Shown one piece after another: positions 39,060 through 52,070 of a DNA stretch of 64,000 nt. The stretch lies in contig NC_059427.1 of the NCBI RefSeq assembly GCF_021028975.2, positions 40,982,001 to 41,046,000 of the forward strand. The letters run 5' to 3'. Source of the stretch: Sphaerodactylus townsendi (lineage: Eukaryota). Position numbers and translations under genes: made by a program. The first letter of the stretch is position 1. Every line of letters begins with the position of its first letter. The notes under the pieces are model-generated. The model was given only the letters and a program-made list of their open reading frames with translations, searched no databases and was not told where the DNA came from.

Positions 39060-39605
39060 TAATTAGATTCAATATCCCGCCCTTCTCCTTTCAGAGTTGG
39101 GACGACATCCAACATTTAAAAAACAATAAAACATTTAAAACATCAAAATATCTCCTTGATAGATACAGAATTATCAAGCGGCAACTAATTCCAAAACATT
39201 GTTTTGGAGCCTACACATTAAGGCGTCATGGTCAGGATGATAATAACACTGTTAACACAGAGATGGCCATCAGTTCACTTAAGAGTTGGAAAAGTTGGAA
39301 AAAGTCAACAGAGGAAGCCTCCAGATGTTAACTAGCTGCCTCAACCATATGCCTAGTGCACAGGTGTCAAACTCAGGCCCTCCAGGTGTTCATGAACTGC
39401 AGTTCCCATCAGCCCATACCAGCAGGGCCAATGGGCCATGCTAGCAGGGGCTGCTGGGAATTGTAGGCCATGAACACCTGGAGGGCCTGAGTTTGACACC
39501 TATGGCCTAGTGGAACAGCTCCATCTTACAGGCCCTGCAGTCTTGCAGGACTCCTCAGACACAGTGTTCCACCAGGCTGTGGCCAGGGCCTTGGGGCCAG
39601 GGACC
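39060..39605 (-). mobile_element. Old L2-like LINE 3' fragment hosting the 39359 MITE
   Basis: atatcccgcccttctcc resembles an L2 tail. The segment gcctcaaccatatgcctagtg|gaacagctcc...ttccaccaggc is continuous across the MITE. Confidence 0.55.
39359..39504. mobile_element. hAT (Charlie-like) palindromic MITE, 146 bp
   Basis: TIR ca(c/t)aggtgtcaaactcaggccctccaggtgttcatg. Perfect TSD gcctagtg at 39351-39358 and 39505-39512. Confidence 0.94.
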
Positions 39606-39649
39606 ACTAGAAGATTTGCATTCACTGTTAATTAAAGATGCAGATTATG

Positions 39650-40004
39650 AGTTTCAAGACTATTTATCCTAGAAAATGTGTCTCCATAATGCGCCAATCT
39701 CCTGTTCAGGCAACAGAACGCTTGTGAGGTTCAAAGGATTTTATTGAAGGCAGGTCAGGAACAGTAGAAAGACAGTTCTGGAGATGCAGCAGATGCAAAA
39801 GACAGTTCTGGTGAAAGAGTGCCAGAACAGTTGTTAATATGAATAGCACGATCCCCACCCCGAGATGGGAACAACAGGGTTAGTCCAGCCTGGAGGCTCT
39901 TCCCAGCCGCAAACCTCAGGGACAGAACCAGGAGATAATCAGGCACCTGCAAAAGCGAAAGCACTCCCAGAGAATTCCTCCCTCCCAAACATGACAACCT
40001 GACA
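39650..40004 (-). mobile_element. Probable Gypsy-type solo LTR
   Basis: The minus strand starts TGTCAGG and has AATAAA near 39741. The left boundary and TSD are unresolved. Confidence 0.5.
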
Positions 40005-40061
40005 TTAATGTCATAAATTTCTGAGTAATGTAGAGAAACAAGTAATATATGGAAATGAAAA

Positions 40062-40363
40062 AGGGCCGTGGCACAGGGTTGTAAGCTGCAGTACTACAGT
40101 CAAAGGTCTGCTCATGACCTGAGTTTGATCCTGGCAAAAGTCGGTTTCAGGTGGTAAGTCAAGGTTGACTCCACCTTTCATCCTCTTGAGGTCAGTAAAA
40201 TGAATACCCATCTTGGGGGGGGGGGGTAAAGTGTAGACAACTGGAGAAGGCAATGGCAAACCACCTTGTAAACATAGTCTGCCTAGTAAACATTGTAATG
40301 TGACATCACTCCATGGGTCAGTAATGGATGCTTACACAGAGGAACCAATTTTAACTTTACCTA
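40062..40363 (+). mobile_element. Sauria SINE (Squam1), full length, old
   Basis: tRNA head, core aaggttgactccacctttcatcct, BovB-like ggagaaggcaatggcaaaccac, and an actttaccta tail. Confidence 0.88.
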
Positions 40364-40906
40364 AAGAAACAAGACTCCTGCCAAGAAACAGAATTCTGGG
40401 TTTTGTTACATCTGTTTGGCTAATATCTATTTACCTGGTTCTGTTTTAGACAATTAGGCTGGGAAACTTTACAAAAGTTGTGACTTGTTTCCCCCCGCCT
40501 CCATGGTATATCTAGAGTGGGGCAAGGTAGGGTGGGAATAACGGTACCCCGCCCCCAAAACTCCATGTGGAGCTTGGGAGCAGGCACACAGTTCAATGCT
40601 GTACCCAGCCCACATTCAACTGGCTTGGCTGAATTGACCTTTAAACTGCAGGCTTCAGACAGAGGATGAACTGAGTGCTGAGTCTGACTGGCTCCAGCTT
40701 TATATTGCTGGCTTCCCCCTGCCCCTCCACCCCCGAATCTCCACCTGACCTTCATGATGTGTTTGAAGAAAGGAGAGTGCATGTGGAATTATGTTTATAT
40801 CTATCAGTATATATCTGTTGTGTGCCTTGGTAAAATCCATCTAAAAGAATGTTCCCTTTATCAGATTGTTTTCCCTTTTGTTGTTGTCATTGTTGTTGAT
40901 AAACAG

Positions 40907-41091
40907 CCCAGTTCCTACAATCAGCTGGAAGAGAGCAGATGGAAAACAAATTCCCAGAAAAGCCCGAAGGCACAAATCAAGCAGTATTCTTGAAATCCCA
41001 AACTTTCAGCAGGAAGATGCTGGCCTATACGAGTGTGTGGCTGAAAATGTGAGAGGCAGGAATGTGGCCAGAGGCCAGCTGACGTTTTACG
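40907..41091 (+). CDS. CNTN4: Contactin-4 exon, 185 nt, phase 2-1, second half of Ig3
   Basis: Splice sites are aaacag| and G|gtatcc. Translates (N)[61 protein letters not shown](A). RKARRHKS and ARGQLTFY are CNTN4-typical. Confidence 0.97.
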
Positions 41092-42497
41092 GTATCCAGA
41101 TTATTTACTCACCTGTTTTTCATTATAGCTGAGGCCAAAATGCGGTAAATGCTTTGTTGCGTTGTCAATGTTGATTTTTCTACTTAAATTTTGCCTTGCA
41201 AATAGGCCTGCTTTGCCAGTGTAATTTTATGCTCTGCCAGTGTAATTTTATATAAAATAAAAACCTCTGAGGCAGACATATTGATTGCGGCTGCAAAGTA
41301 AGGGAGAAATGAAAATGTATGTTATAGGAAAGAGATCAGTTTGGCAATATGTAAAAAGTGAGTTGTAAAGCAATTGATGTCCTTCTTCTACATCTGGCTG
41401 CAAACTGTGTGCTGTTGGATTAATTGTGTTTGTTTATGCCCATGTTTTATTTATCCAGTCATTTGCTTCCTTCATTACTAGAATTTTAATTTCTGATTAA
41501 CTTTTGTCATTCATAACTGCTTCATGCAAGATCAAGACTCTCTTTTTTCTTCAGTATCCACTTTATAAGCTACAGGAAAGCAAGGTTTATTTTTTATTTT
41601 AACTTTATTTATTGCATTTTTCCCAAATGGGGACCCAAAGCAGCTTACGTAGATCTCCTCTCTTCCGTTTTTTGCCTTTGACTAAAGTCTTGTTCTAATC
41701 TGTATTGAAAGGCATAATTATGAATATATCTTCATGTTTCTGTATTAGTAAGGATTTTTACCACCCGCTTCTGATACATACCACTAATTTCTTTCTGTAT
41801 ATAAAAACAAATCACCTTGTGTAGGATCAACAGGAACATATTAGAAACAAAGAAAAGAACCAGTCCAGGGCATTAGGAAGGTTATCAAGGATCTGTTCTT
41901 TAAAGCAGGAATATCAAGGAAACAGGACAGCTCTGTTTTGGGCAGAAAGGCATGATATAAATAGTATAAATAAAATGAACAAAATGTTCATTAGTTTCTG
42001 GATTGTGGAGAGCTTGAATTCGCACTCCTCCACACAAGCATTTTTTCTGCTGATACCTTTAGGGGTAAAGTACATGCTATTGGGTTGCAGGTGGGTTCCA
42101 GGCAAGAGGCAAGAAGAGATGGTTTGTTGTTGACTTCCACAGCACAGCAGCCCCAGTATTCCTTGTTGATCTCTCATCTAATTACTAACCGTGACTGTGA
42201 TCCTACTTAGCTCCCAAGATCTGGTGAACAAGGCTAAGTTAAGGTGTTTGGGCTGCTGTGATGAAATCTGTAAAATAGGTAGATGGAACCATCCCTGAGC
42301 CATCTCACACCAGACCCTTTCCATGTGAATCTTCTCATGAGCCATTGGATTCAACCATAATGTGAATGTAAACCCTAACATATTATATAGGTCCCTTGTT
42401 AAATGTATTATCAAATCATAAGGTTTCACACTTCCTGTCCCTCTGGCTTGAATAGGGACTTGGGCGTTCCAATTCATTACAGGTGTTAACTATCTGA

Positions 42498-42638
42498 GGC
42501 CCCTTCCGCACACGCAAAATAATGCGTTTTCAAACCACTTTCACAACTGTTTGCAAGTGGATTTTGCTATTCCGCACAGCTTCAAAGAGCACTGAAACCA
42601 GTTTGAAAGAGCATTATTCTGCATGTGCGGAATGAGCC
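42498..42638. mobile_element. Harbinger-like MITE, ~140-bp family
   Basis: Ends are ggccccttccgcacacgcaaaataatgc and gcattattctgcatgtgcggaatgagcc. Flanks tga/tta. Confidence 0.9.
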
Positions 42639-44035
42639 TTAGTGTTCTTATGTGCATTTACTGTTTTAGGCATGGCTGTGTGTTTCTCAGTGGGGTTTCT
42701 GTGCACTTTTCTGTTCAAAAGGGAAGTCTCCCACTGCAAAATCTCCTGAAACCAGATGATCTGCCATTTTGTTTCCCCGCTTCCTTGCTTGCTTCCTTGC
42801 AGCCCCCCTTTTGGTGCCTTTTTTTTCCTTTCCCATCTCTGGTCTAGCATTGTTTCGCTGTATTAAGAGTAGATTGGTAACGTGTTTTTTAAAAACCCTT
42901 CAGATTGCTCTATAATGTAAGGGTGGAACTTCTGCTCACCCATCACTTTCTTGTTTACATTGCCTGTCCCCTTTTTTGTTCGTTTATTTCATGACTTCTA
43001 TCCAGCATTACTTTGCTAGCACAGTCCTTTGCTCCATTGATAGACCTATAGACTGGAAACAAAAGATAAAAGAAGCCATTCCAATCAATCTCAAATGGTT
43101 GAATTAGGGCAGGGGAAGGTGGGGAGGAGTGAGAAAACCCAAAGAGAGAATAACAGATGCCATCTCCTTCATTTTCCCTGCGAGGGCAGGGGAAAAGTCA
43201 CAGTTTCTGAAAGTGGGGATTTTTTCTTCTTCTGCATGGTGAGTTCAGGAGTGGGGAAAATGTGTGAGCAATCAAGAATCTGACCCAAAGGTAACGTACT
43301 CTCACTGCAGAGCAGACCGCAAGTGCACACACAGCCATAGTGAAACCAAGAAATGCCCTGCTAGTACAGCTGTTTACTAATGCATAACTGTTGAGTGGTG
43401 TCACTGTTTTTCTTAATTGTGTTTGAAGTTTACACAGTTCGATTTTATTGTGTGCATCCTGCATTTCATTCCCCACGGATCTTCTGTCTGTTTACTTTTT
43501 AGTACCCCTACATAGTGAGGAAGAAGTATCTGAAGAATAAAATTGTATTAATCTTAAGGGTATGACAAGGTTCTTCATTTTGCTGCAAAGGCTGTGCCTC
43601 TAGAATTAGCAAACCTAATGGAGTATCTAAATGACAAGGTCTGCAGTAACAAACCTAGTATACTGCAATGTAGTATACTGCATACTACATTGAGGCAGCA
43701 GTTTCTGCTAATCCCCCTTAGCATGTTGTCCTCCTTTATAGCTAGCACTTCAGGGCAAGGAAAGAAGGTGTGTGCAAACCAGAGCAGGAGGGACTTGCTG
43801 TCTCCTCCTCCTTGCCTTTCTCTCCTTTGTTGTCTCCTTTGCAGTTGCCCAGTTTTGGGGCGCCGCCCCCTCCAAAGTTATAGCCTTTCTCATGTGTTTT
43901 TACAATGACAGCAGACCTAAAATGAACTTGAAGGGTGAGTTTGTCAGCTGGGGCAGCCCTAGTTTGGGGACAAGAAGAAAATGTGAATATTCTTCCCATT
44001 TCTGCTGCATTAATTCAGTTTGATAGTCCTCTCCA

Positions 44036-44348
44036 AGACATGGTGTAGTGGTTAAGAGCAGGTGAATTCTAATCTGGAGACCGGGTTTGATTCCCCACTC
44101 CTCAATCTGAGTGGCAGAGGCTTATCTGGTGAACCAGATGTGTTCTGTGCTCCTACATTCCTGCTGGAAGACTTTGGGCTTGTCACAGTTCTTCGGAATT
44201 CTCTCGGGCCCACCTACATCACAAGGTGTCTGTTTTGGGGAGAGGAAGAGAAAGGAGCTTGTAAGCCACTTGAGTCTCCTTACAGGAGAGAAAGGTGGGA
44301 TATAAATCCAAACTCCTCCTCCTCTTCCTCTTCTTCTGCTTCTTCTTC
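44036..44348 (+). mobile_element. Squam3-type SINE, second subfamily
   Basis: tggtgtagtggttaagagc head, ggtttgattcc B box, and a TCT/TCC-rich tail. Confidence 0.9.
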
Positions 44349-45229
44349 CCATCTCCTTGTGTCTCAGGAAAACTTGCCATGCTAATTTTTCAGGTTCCAA
44401 ACTATCCATGACTGCCAAATTTCTCTATGCAACACAGAAGTTATTTTCAGTCTCCTTTCCATGTACAAGTAGGGATATCTGTGTGTGTCTGTATGCTTAC
44501 AGGAGCACTGGCTATAGGTAGAACATATTTTAATAGATTGGTTTTCCTTTGAAGTATACAAGGTAAGCTGGAAGTTGCTCATCAGAATTTTAATCTTTGA
44601 CATTAGCCTGGCTTGTTGGCTAGTAAATATAGACACTTAGGTTTCATTTAATGAAGATAAAAATGATTTTATTCTAGTTCTACTTAGGAGGAAAATGCCT
44701 TGCTTCAAGATGTTGAAGTTAGAAGGATTTGGGACTTCTGTTTTAGCACTTGTCATTTCAGAATGCTGGGTTCTTGGTGTGTTCTGAACTCTGTTGGATC
44801 TGAATCCTTATTCATGATGATTGTATTGGAGATTAGATTAGATTTTATTCAGAACCACTGTGATGAAGAATTGCCGCACCAGCTCAGATCAAGGGCTACC
44901 TAATCCACATTTGACTTTTCTATTAGTGGTTTGTCAGATATACTGGGAAAGTTTTGGAGCAGACTTAATATTGTGATTTCACTGGCATCTTTTCCTGGTT
45001 CTAGTATACCCATTTTGATTTGAAGCAACCAGAACTGCGCAAAATATGAGAAAAGGGTAACCAAAACTGTTAAAGTTTACTTTAAATTTTACTTCCTTGT
45101 TCAACTTTCTATGCCTTCCTTAATTTTTCTATCATCTATTTGCTTTCTTTGGTGCTATACACAATATTATTCTCTCTCGCTCTTCAATGCACAGGCCACA
45201 ACAGGCAAACTCTAATTGGTTCTGTCTAT

Positions 45230-45445
45230 ATATTTATTTTGTTTATATCCAACCTTTATCCCCAGTGGGGTCCATAGTGGCTTATATTGCTCTTCTCTCC
45301 TCAATTTTAACCTCACGACAACCCTGTGAGATAGGTTAGGCTGAGAATATGCAACTGGCCTAAGATCACCCAGCAAGTTTCTTGTGGCAAAGAAAATATT
45401 TGAGCCTGGGTCTCCTATACCCTAACCTCAGCACCACACTAGCTC
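45230..45445 (-). mobile_element. Old Squam3/MIR-type SINE
   Basis: cctcacgacaaccctgtgagataggttaggctgaga...cctaagatcacccagcaag is the reverse complement of the SINE core. Confidence 0.75.
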
Positions 45446-46426
45446 TCAGGTTTATTGTGTGGTATTATGGGTCTGACTGCTGATGCCTCTTTGATAAAGA
45501 GGAGATTGAGAAAGCTGCTCCCAGCTCTTAGATGCTGCAGAAAGACCTATCAAACATGGAGAAGACTTCATCATGTGAAGAAGCTGAGGGCAGCATTCCA
45601 TGCCCTTGCCCAAAAATTTGCTGGGGAACTGATAAGCAGCTGTATCCCCAAGTTTCCCAGATTCTCCCCTTTTGGAGTTTTCTTCCTGGTCCAATCAGAA
45701 CTTGGCACACAACTTCAAAATTTCCCTCCAAGCTGACATCTGACTAATCGTTTCATAAGTACTTTTTGAATGTGGTTTGTGCTTCTCACCAGAACTAGTC
45801 CTACGTACAAACTGAAGTTCTGGGTGGAAAAGGATGAAGACCAGCCAAATGTTATTGTGACAATAGACATACTGCCCAAATGGCAGAACTGGACTACTGA
45901 TTTTATTTCTTCTCTCTTCCATCCATCGGCATAAAAGTGTCAGCTACCAATTATGGAATGAAGCTTGTTGCTCACTTCAAACTGATAAGTCTATGTTATT
46001 CTAAAATCATATTGGTGCACCCATAACTACTGGTGCTTTCACAACTTCTTTTAGAAATCTACCAATGACTTGTGATTTTTTAAAAAAAATCTTCAGAGGT
46101 CTAAAAGATAGGAGAGAGGAAAAACCACATTGTCATTAAAATTATCAATGCAGATTATAACACTTATCAATGCAGATTAATATTAGCAGCAAGCAACACT
46201 TGCGGCAAGTATTCATGCCATTCATCACATTACCAGCTTGGAACATGGTAAGCTGTATCATGTAAATCAGGCCCAGCTTTTTCTTCCTGTGTTCCTTCTC
46301 TTATTCTGTGTGCTATAACATTCATACTGGTTCTTCTTCTGATTTCTCTGTTCAGTGCTTTCTTTCCCCTTCTGATTATTTTGCTCTCACTTATGATCAC
46401 ATGCATGCTTATGGTCATTTCTTCAT

Positions 46427-46430
<4 letters not shown>

Positions 46431-46478
<48 letters not shown>
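46431..46478 (+). repeat. (CT)24 microsatellite
   Basis: Read directly from the sequence. Confidence 0.95.
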
Positions 46479-46479
<1 letters not shown>

Positions 46480-46713
46480 ACTCCCAAATTAACTGGCATT
46501 GTCAGAGGTACTTTGATGGGTTGAGCCTTGTGGCTATTGCTGAGACTTGAAGAACTGTCATGGGAATTGTCTTCAAGAGTGTTATCGCCTGTTTAAGGTC
46601 AACAAGGTTGACAGCTGAAGCAGAAACATTGGCAGAGGCAAAAGAAACCGGAACTGTTGTGCATAAGGAATGAAGAGTAGTAGTAACAGTAACCACACCC
46701 TAAATGAGTCCGA

Positions 46714-46864
46714 GGCCCTTTCCGCACATGCAGAATAATTCACTTTCAATCCACTTTCACAATTGTTTACAGGTGGATTTTTCTATTCTGCACAGTAAAA
46801 TCCAGATTCAAAGTACATTGAAAATGGATTGAAAGTGCATTATTCTGCATGTGCGGAAGGGGTC
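46714..46864. mobile_element. Harbinger-like MITE, more symmetric sister subfamily
   Basis: About 40-bp arms ttccgcacatgcagaataat..actttcaatcca. 3-bp TSD cga/tga, differing by CpG decay. Confidence 0.9.
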
Positions 46865-48616
46865 TGAGACAAGAATGCAGAAATAATAGCACCGTTGAGT
46901 AATAGGAGCCCCCCTCCCAACCAAAACTTCCTTCGTGAAACTTCCATTGTCCTCTAGCAGAGGAGAGACATTTGAGGCACTGCATTCTGTCTTGAACCGC
47001 TGCCTTGAATGTCCAATGGATAAAAGAACCTAAACTTTGATCCGCACAAGAGGGAAATAAAATTAATAAGCAGTTCAATTGTCCTACTGAATCGGTCTGT
47101 GATAATTGGGGTACCTATATCCTTGTCTCCTTAGTTGACAAATCCCACAGAATTCCTGGACTTTTCAACTATATTTCAAAATGCATGGGGAATCTGTAGC
47201 CTTTTTCCATTGATTATCTGTGTGGAGTATTTTCTTCCTTCTGGCCAGGTCAAATCTTCTTCTATACTTTAACTTCTGGGCTCAACTACACCCCATCCCC
47301 CTGATACTTCAGCAATTTCAGCTGGTACAACTGTGACTACCTGTTTGATATTTAGTCCCTGATGCATTAAGCTATTTAGCCAATTCTTAAACAATCACAG
47401 TCATTTCCATTTTGTTTTTGAGGGTTTTTAAAACATTATTTTAAAACATTCCTTTTCACTTTTCTTAAAGTGCTTAGTGCTTCTAATCAAGCCAACTGTA
47501 CAAGCATCATTAGAATATCAACAAAAATTATTTCTAAAAAAGTAGGTTTTTAAATTTTAGTTTTAATCAGTTTTATAATCAGTTAATCAGTTTTATAAAC
47601 TAAATAAAAGACTTTGTCGCATTGTGTAGATTACAACTATTAAATGTCTAAGTGAGTTTCAAAACGTTTATGAACTAATAGTAGTTGCTTTATTTTACAA
47701 AATCAGTTGTAGTGTTATCCTTAGTGGTATTTTCCCCAATATCAGTGCATGATTTCTAGTGGCCTGTCTCTTGAATAATTTTATTTGGCTGCCATTAAAA
47801 TTTGAAATTACCATTTGTTTTGCAAACATCAACTTAGAAAACGGCCTCCGAGATTCAACCAAAATATTCATTCCAAAACTGTCAGTGTGAAAATAACTTG
47901 TCAAATATAGCTCAGATGGGAATCAAAAACAGTGGTAACTTCTCTTTTTTAAAAAGTGGGAAATAGTACATCTTTATTGGGATAAAACTGCAATGCTGGC
48001 ATTGTCTTTTCACGTTGTTTTTAGCAGGTCAAAAGTTCACATCCAAGGGAAGGAGCGCTCCAACATATTTGATATGGAAAATCAAACTTGTCACTTACTT
48101 GCAGCCATTCTCTGTGAAATGTTCCATCACAGTGTGTGCCCTGGAGATTAAAATCTGGCTCTCGTAGTGTTACTGTTTTAAACTAAGTTATCTGCCTCCA
48201 TGAACAGTGGGAAATAAAAAGAAGGGAATGAAGATGAGATTCAAATTTGCCTTCCTTTCTTCAAATAAAAGAGGCAATCCTCTTGCTGTCAGCTATTTGA
48301 TGCCACATTTTGAAAATGTTAAGAGTTGTATTTGTTGGTGCTTTGCTGATGGTACTTTAAAAATATGCGCTAACATCAGTGGTATCAAAATGTACATGTT
48401 CAGTATGCTCAAACAAGTTCATTCAATGGTTCCTCCCTCCACTTCTGTCATATATTGATATAGTTTGGTAACCTAGAAAGAGAATTTGAAGGAAGTATTT
48501 TATTTATTTGTTCATTTGCTTGTTTATTTATATCCTGCTTTTCCCCTCATGGGGACTCAAATTGGTTTACAATACCAAAAAACAGCAACAACAACCAAGC
48601 AAACCATACACACTAA

Positions 48617-48757
48617 GGCCACTTCCGCACATGCAAAATAATGCGTTTTCAAACCACTTTCACAACTGTTTGCAAGTGGATTTTGCCATTCCGCACAGCT
48701 TCAAAGAGCACTGAAAGCAGTTTGAAAGTGCATTATTCTGCATGTGCGGAATGAGCT
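48617..48757. mobile_element. Harbinger-like MITE, ~140-bp family
   Basis: Near-identical to the 42498 copy. Confidence 0.9.
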
Positions 48758-49752
48758 GTACACACAAGAAAAACACAGTACAACAGGCAAATCAACAAGA
48801 TGGAGGTGAATCTTCAAAAAACAAAGTAGGTCCTTTGTCTCTCCCTCTGCTGACAGATCTTCCGGCTAAGAAGATGGCTCACATCCCAGGGGAGATGTTA
48901 TTCAGCTGCTGCTAGTTAGCCAGCGAGCTAGCAGAATTTCCCCTAGTTTCTCTCTTGCCAGCCAAAAACATCATTCCAATGACATAATTAAAACAGACAA
49001 ATGAGACCAAATGAAGGTCATGAATGACCATCATTTGAAGATAAATTATGGACGTATGCAGCCAGTTTGAATCAGGGCCTTGAAGGGATGGGAGAGTGGC
49101 CCACATAAGTTTGAAATCAAAACTCCCTGGGAAGGCCAGTTTCAATTAATAAGTTCACATAGGGATGTAAAAGGATAACTCTGCATCAGAGCCACAAAAA
49201 TACCTGATTTGCTCTGTCAAAATTGCTGAGAAGATCCAGTCATCTTGTCTGTTAAAATCCATAGAGGAGCAAGTGAAATAGCATAACAAGAGATAGTCAG
49301 TTTTTGGAAGTGTTTGGAAGAAGAAGGTTATTGGCTCTTTAAGACTAGTGAGATGTTTTTCTTTGTCTTATTTTTTTAATGATTGTATCATGGGAGGAAA
49401 TGCCTGTACTTTCCCCATAAAGTTTATGGATCTAAATGAGACATGGCCACACTACTATACTAGGACACACACATTATAAAGGAGGCAAAAAATGGGTCCT
49501 GATATCAAATTGAGATCTGTTCGTCATCCTTGTAGACTCTTCGTAGATTTGCTGACAGAGATCCCTTTTCGGAATTCAGTAGGTGGTACTTGGAGGCGCA
49601 AAATTCTGAGCAAGGTTTAAAGGCTTGCTGTTGGATGTATTCACAGTTAAAATTGCAGTTCTTGTGTTACTCCTAATAATAAGTACAACAACATTATTAA
49701 TACAGCTCAAACACTGTAGCCTTTTTTAAAAAAAAAAGCAAACAAAAGTCTC

Positions 49753-49811
49753 TTTGCTATATATATTTATGCTGAATGTCTTTTTGCTATATATATTTGT
49801 GCTGAATGTCT
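49753..49811 (+). repeat. 30-bp tandem duplication
   Basis: tttgctatatatattt(a/g)tgctgaatgtct occurs twice. Confidence 0.9.
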
Positions 49812-51933
49812 ATTTTATTGTTCCTTAAGGGCAATCATAAGTGGCCTAAGACAAAAGTGCAGACGATGCCGAGCACCTGTTTAAATGGCACACTGGTGAC
49901 AAGAGCCCTGACCTCTGTCAAGTCCTGCAGTCATTTCCCTTTTGGAGCTGAATCCCAAATGAACTGACACTTAATGTCCCCGTGTCCAGCTTTTACACAT
50001 CACATTCAAGTGACCAACTCTGGTATTCCCAAAGAGCAGGAATCCATTGTTATCATTGTGGAATCTTTTATACTGCCCTTCACTACTTTATGTTTTTGTT
50101 GAACTGTATGAACAAAGAAGAATGTTCTTCCAGGCAACAAAGCTTTCTATTTCCATCTGTACTGTGTCTCTAAAGAACATACGCTAACCTGACTCTTTTT
50201 TTTTTTAGTTGTCTTGATCATAAAATTTAATCTTGACAATCCCTTACGATAAAACAAAGGTGTCTTGCTTTAGAAGTAAAAGAGGCCTCCTTATGAGTCT
50301 CACAAGGCTCTAGAGCTAGTGCTAAAAGAACTTACCCCGGCCTTAAAAAACAGCATCAGAACGCTAGTTGTTTGAAGTGCTGCAATCATAAAAAAGAAGA
50401 TATTGCAAGAAAAGAATGAACTGATTTAGACATCACACAAGTCATCAGTGCTGTGGTGTTAACCCAGTGTATGATGAGAGTGGGCTGGATTACAAAGTAT
50501 GACTGGTGGGGTGAATCTTCCTATCTTTTGTGCACAGGCATATATAAACTGACATCATATGAAGCAATCAAAAATCAGGTACAGGATGCTTTCAATGTCT
50601 TTATTTTGATGGTGGACCAACTGTGTTAGTTATATTCTCTGACCTTCCTGGATCACATCCATGGGTTCCAGCACCTGTTCTTTACGTCGGGCAGTCCAAT
50701 CTGGGGGTGGGGTGGGGATGGACCCCTCTCTGGAGCAGGCTCAGCTTTTCACTTGTATGGATACCCATCACACCGCCACAAGAGGCAAATGTGCCAGGTG
50801 TTTCTTAGGCCAGCGGTCGGGTACCCCCGCAGCCCATAGAGTCCAATAGAGGGCTTCTCAGCAGCAGGGAGACTTCTTTTGTTTTTAGCCTTCCCATACT
50901 GTGGAGAAGTCCTCCTAGAGGGCAGAGGGCAGCACCAAAGCGGCACAGTGGCCCAACGCCAGAGGTTTCGGATAGGTGCCAATGTATTTTCTCTATTTTC
51001 ACCGGAGGCCCATTAAAAAAATCTGTGTCCTGAATAGTAAGTGCCAGCCCTGTGCAGATAACAGCGTAGATAGAATGAAAGTGATGACCTAAAATTAATG
51101 TGATTTTTATGTAGTTTCATACCAACTGAAATTGCAATAGATTGGTGTTTGTGTTCTTTAGATTGCTTCCATTCCCTTTGTATGTTAAGGTTGCATAGAG
51201 TTTTTGTTTCCCTGTTGCATATGTTGAACAACTCTGGGCACATGAATGAAAGCTGTATGCTTTGTTAGTGTCTGAAAGTCATGCTACTGAAGAGGGAATG
51301 TGTACGTTTTTAGCATTCTATTCACATTCGAGGACATCTAATTGTCATAATACCTTCATAAACATGGTTCCTATTGTACATTTATCAATAGTTTGAAAAT
51401 AGCCTTGAACTTAGAAATGTGAACAGTAGAATGCATGCTTGAACAAGCATTTTTAGTAGAATTTGGACTTCTGAGAATATTTCTTTTGCTGGATTTATTT
51501 TCAAGATTAGTTTTTATATGATCATAAAAGCATGGGAATCGAGATCCTTAGCTCCTTGGAAAATATAGTTCAGTGGTTCCCTGGAAAAACAGGTATTTAA
51601 CCACATCTAGTTTAGATTTCATCTGGATATGCCCAATTCAGCATATATTTAAGCAAGCAAGTACATTCCCTAAACAGAGTAGAACAAACCTTAACGAACA
51701 GTTTTCTGATTCCTGATATATATGATATATGCCAAAAAAATCCCCTTATTTTTATTGTTTTGTTAAGTCTAGATGTGAACTTCTTACAAATGGTTTTCAA
51801 GAATACCACAAATATGTGATGAGGCCTTTAATTCTTAAAAATGTATGTGTGTAGAGGAAAGGTATTTGAAGGCTAAATACAGACAGACAATATATGGTCT
51901 TCCTTATAAAAGTAGTATTTGTCCTCATTGCAG

Positions 51934-52070
51934 CTCCTCCCAACTGGATTCAGAAAATAAGTGATGCTCATGTGACTATAGAGGAAAACATCTTTTGGGA
52001 ATGTAAGGCAAATGGAAGACCAAAGCCTTCTTACAGCTGGCTGAAGGATGGTGAACCACTCATCCCTCAG
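51934..52070 (+). CDS. CNTN4: Contactin-4 exon, 137 nt, phase 1-0, first half of Ig4
   Basis: Splice sites are ttgcag| and CAG|gtacaa. Translates (A)[45 protein letters not shown]. Confidence 0.97.
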
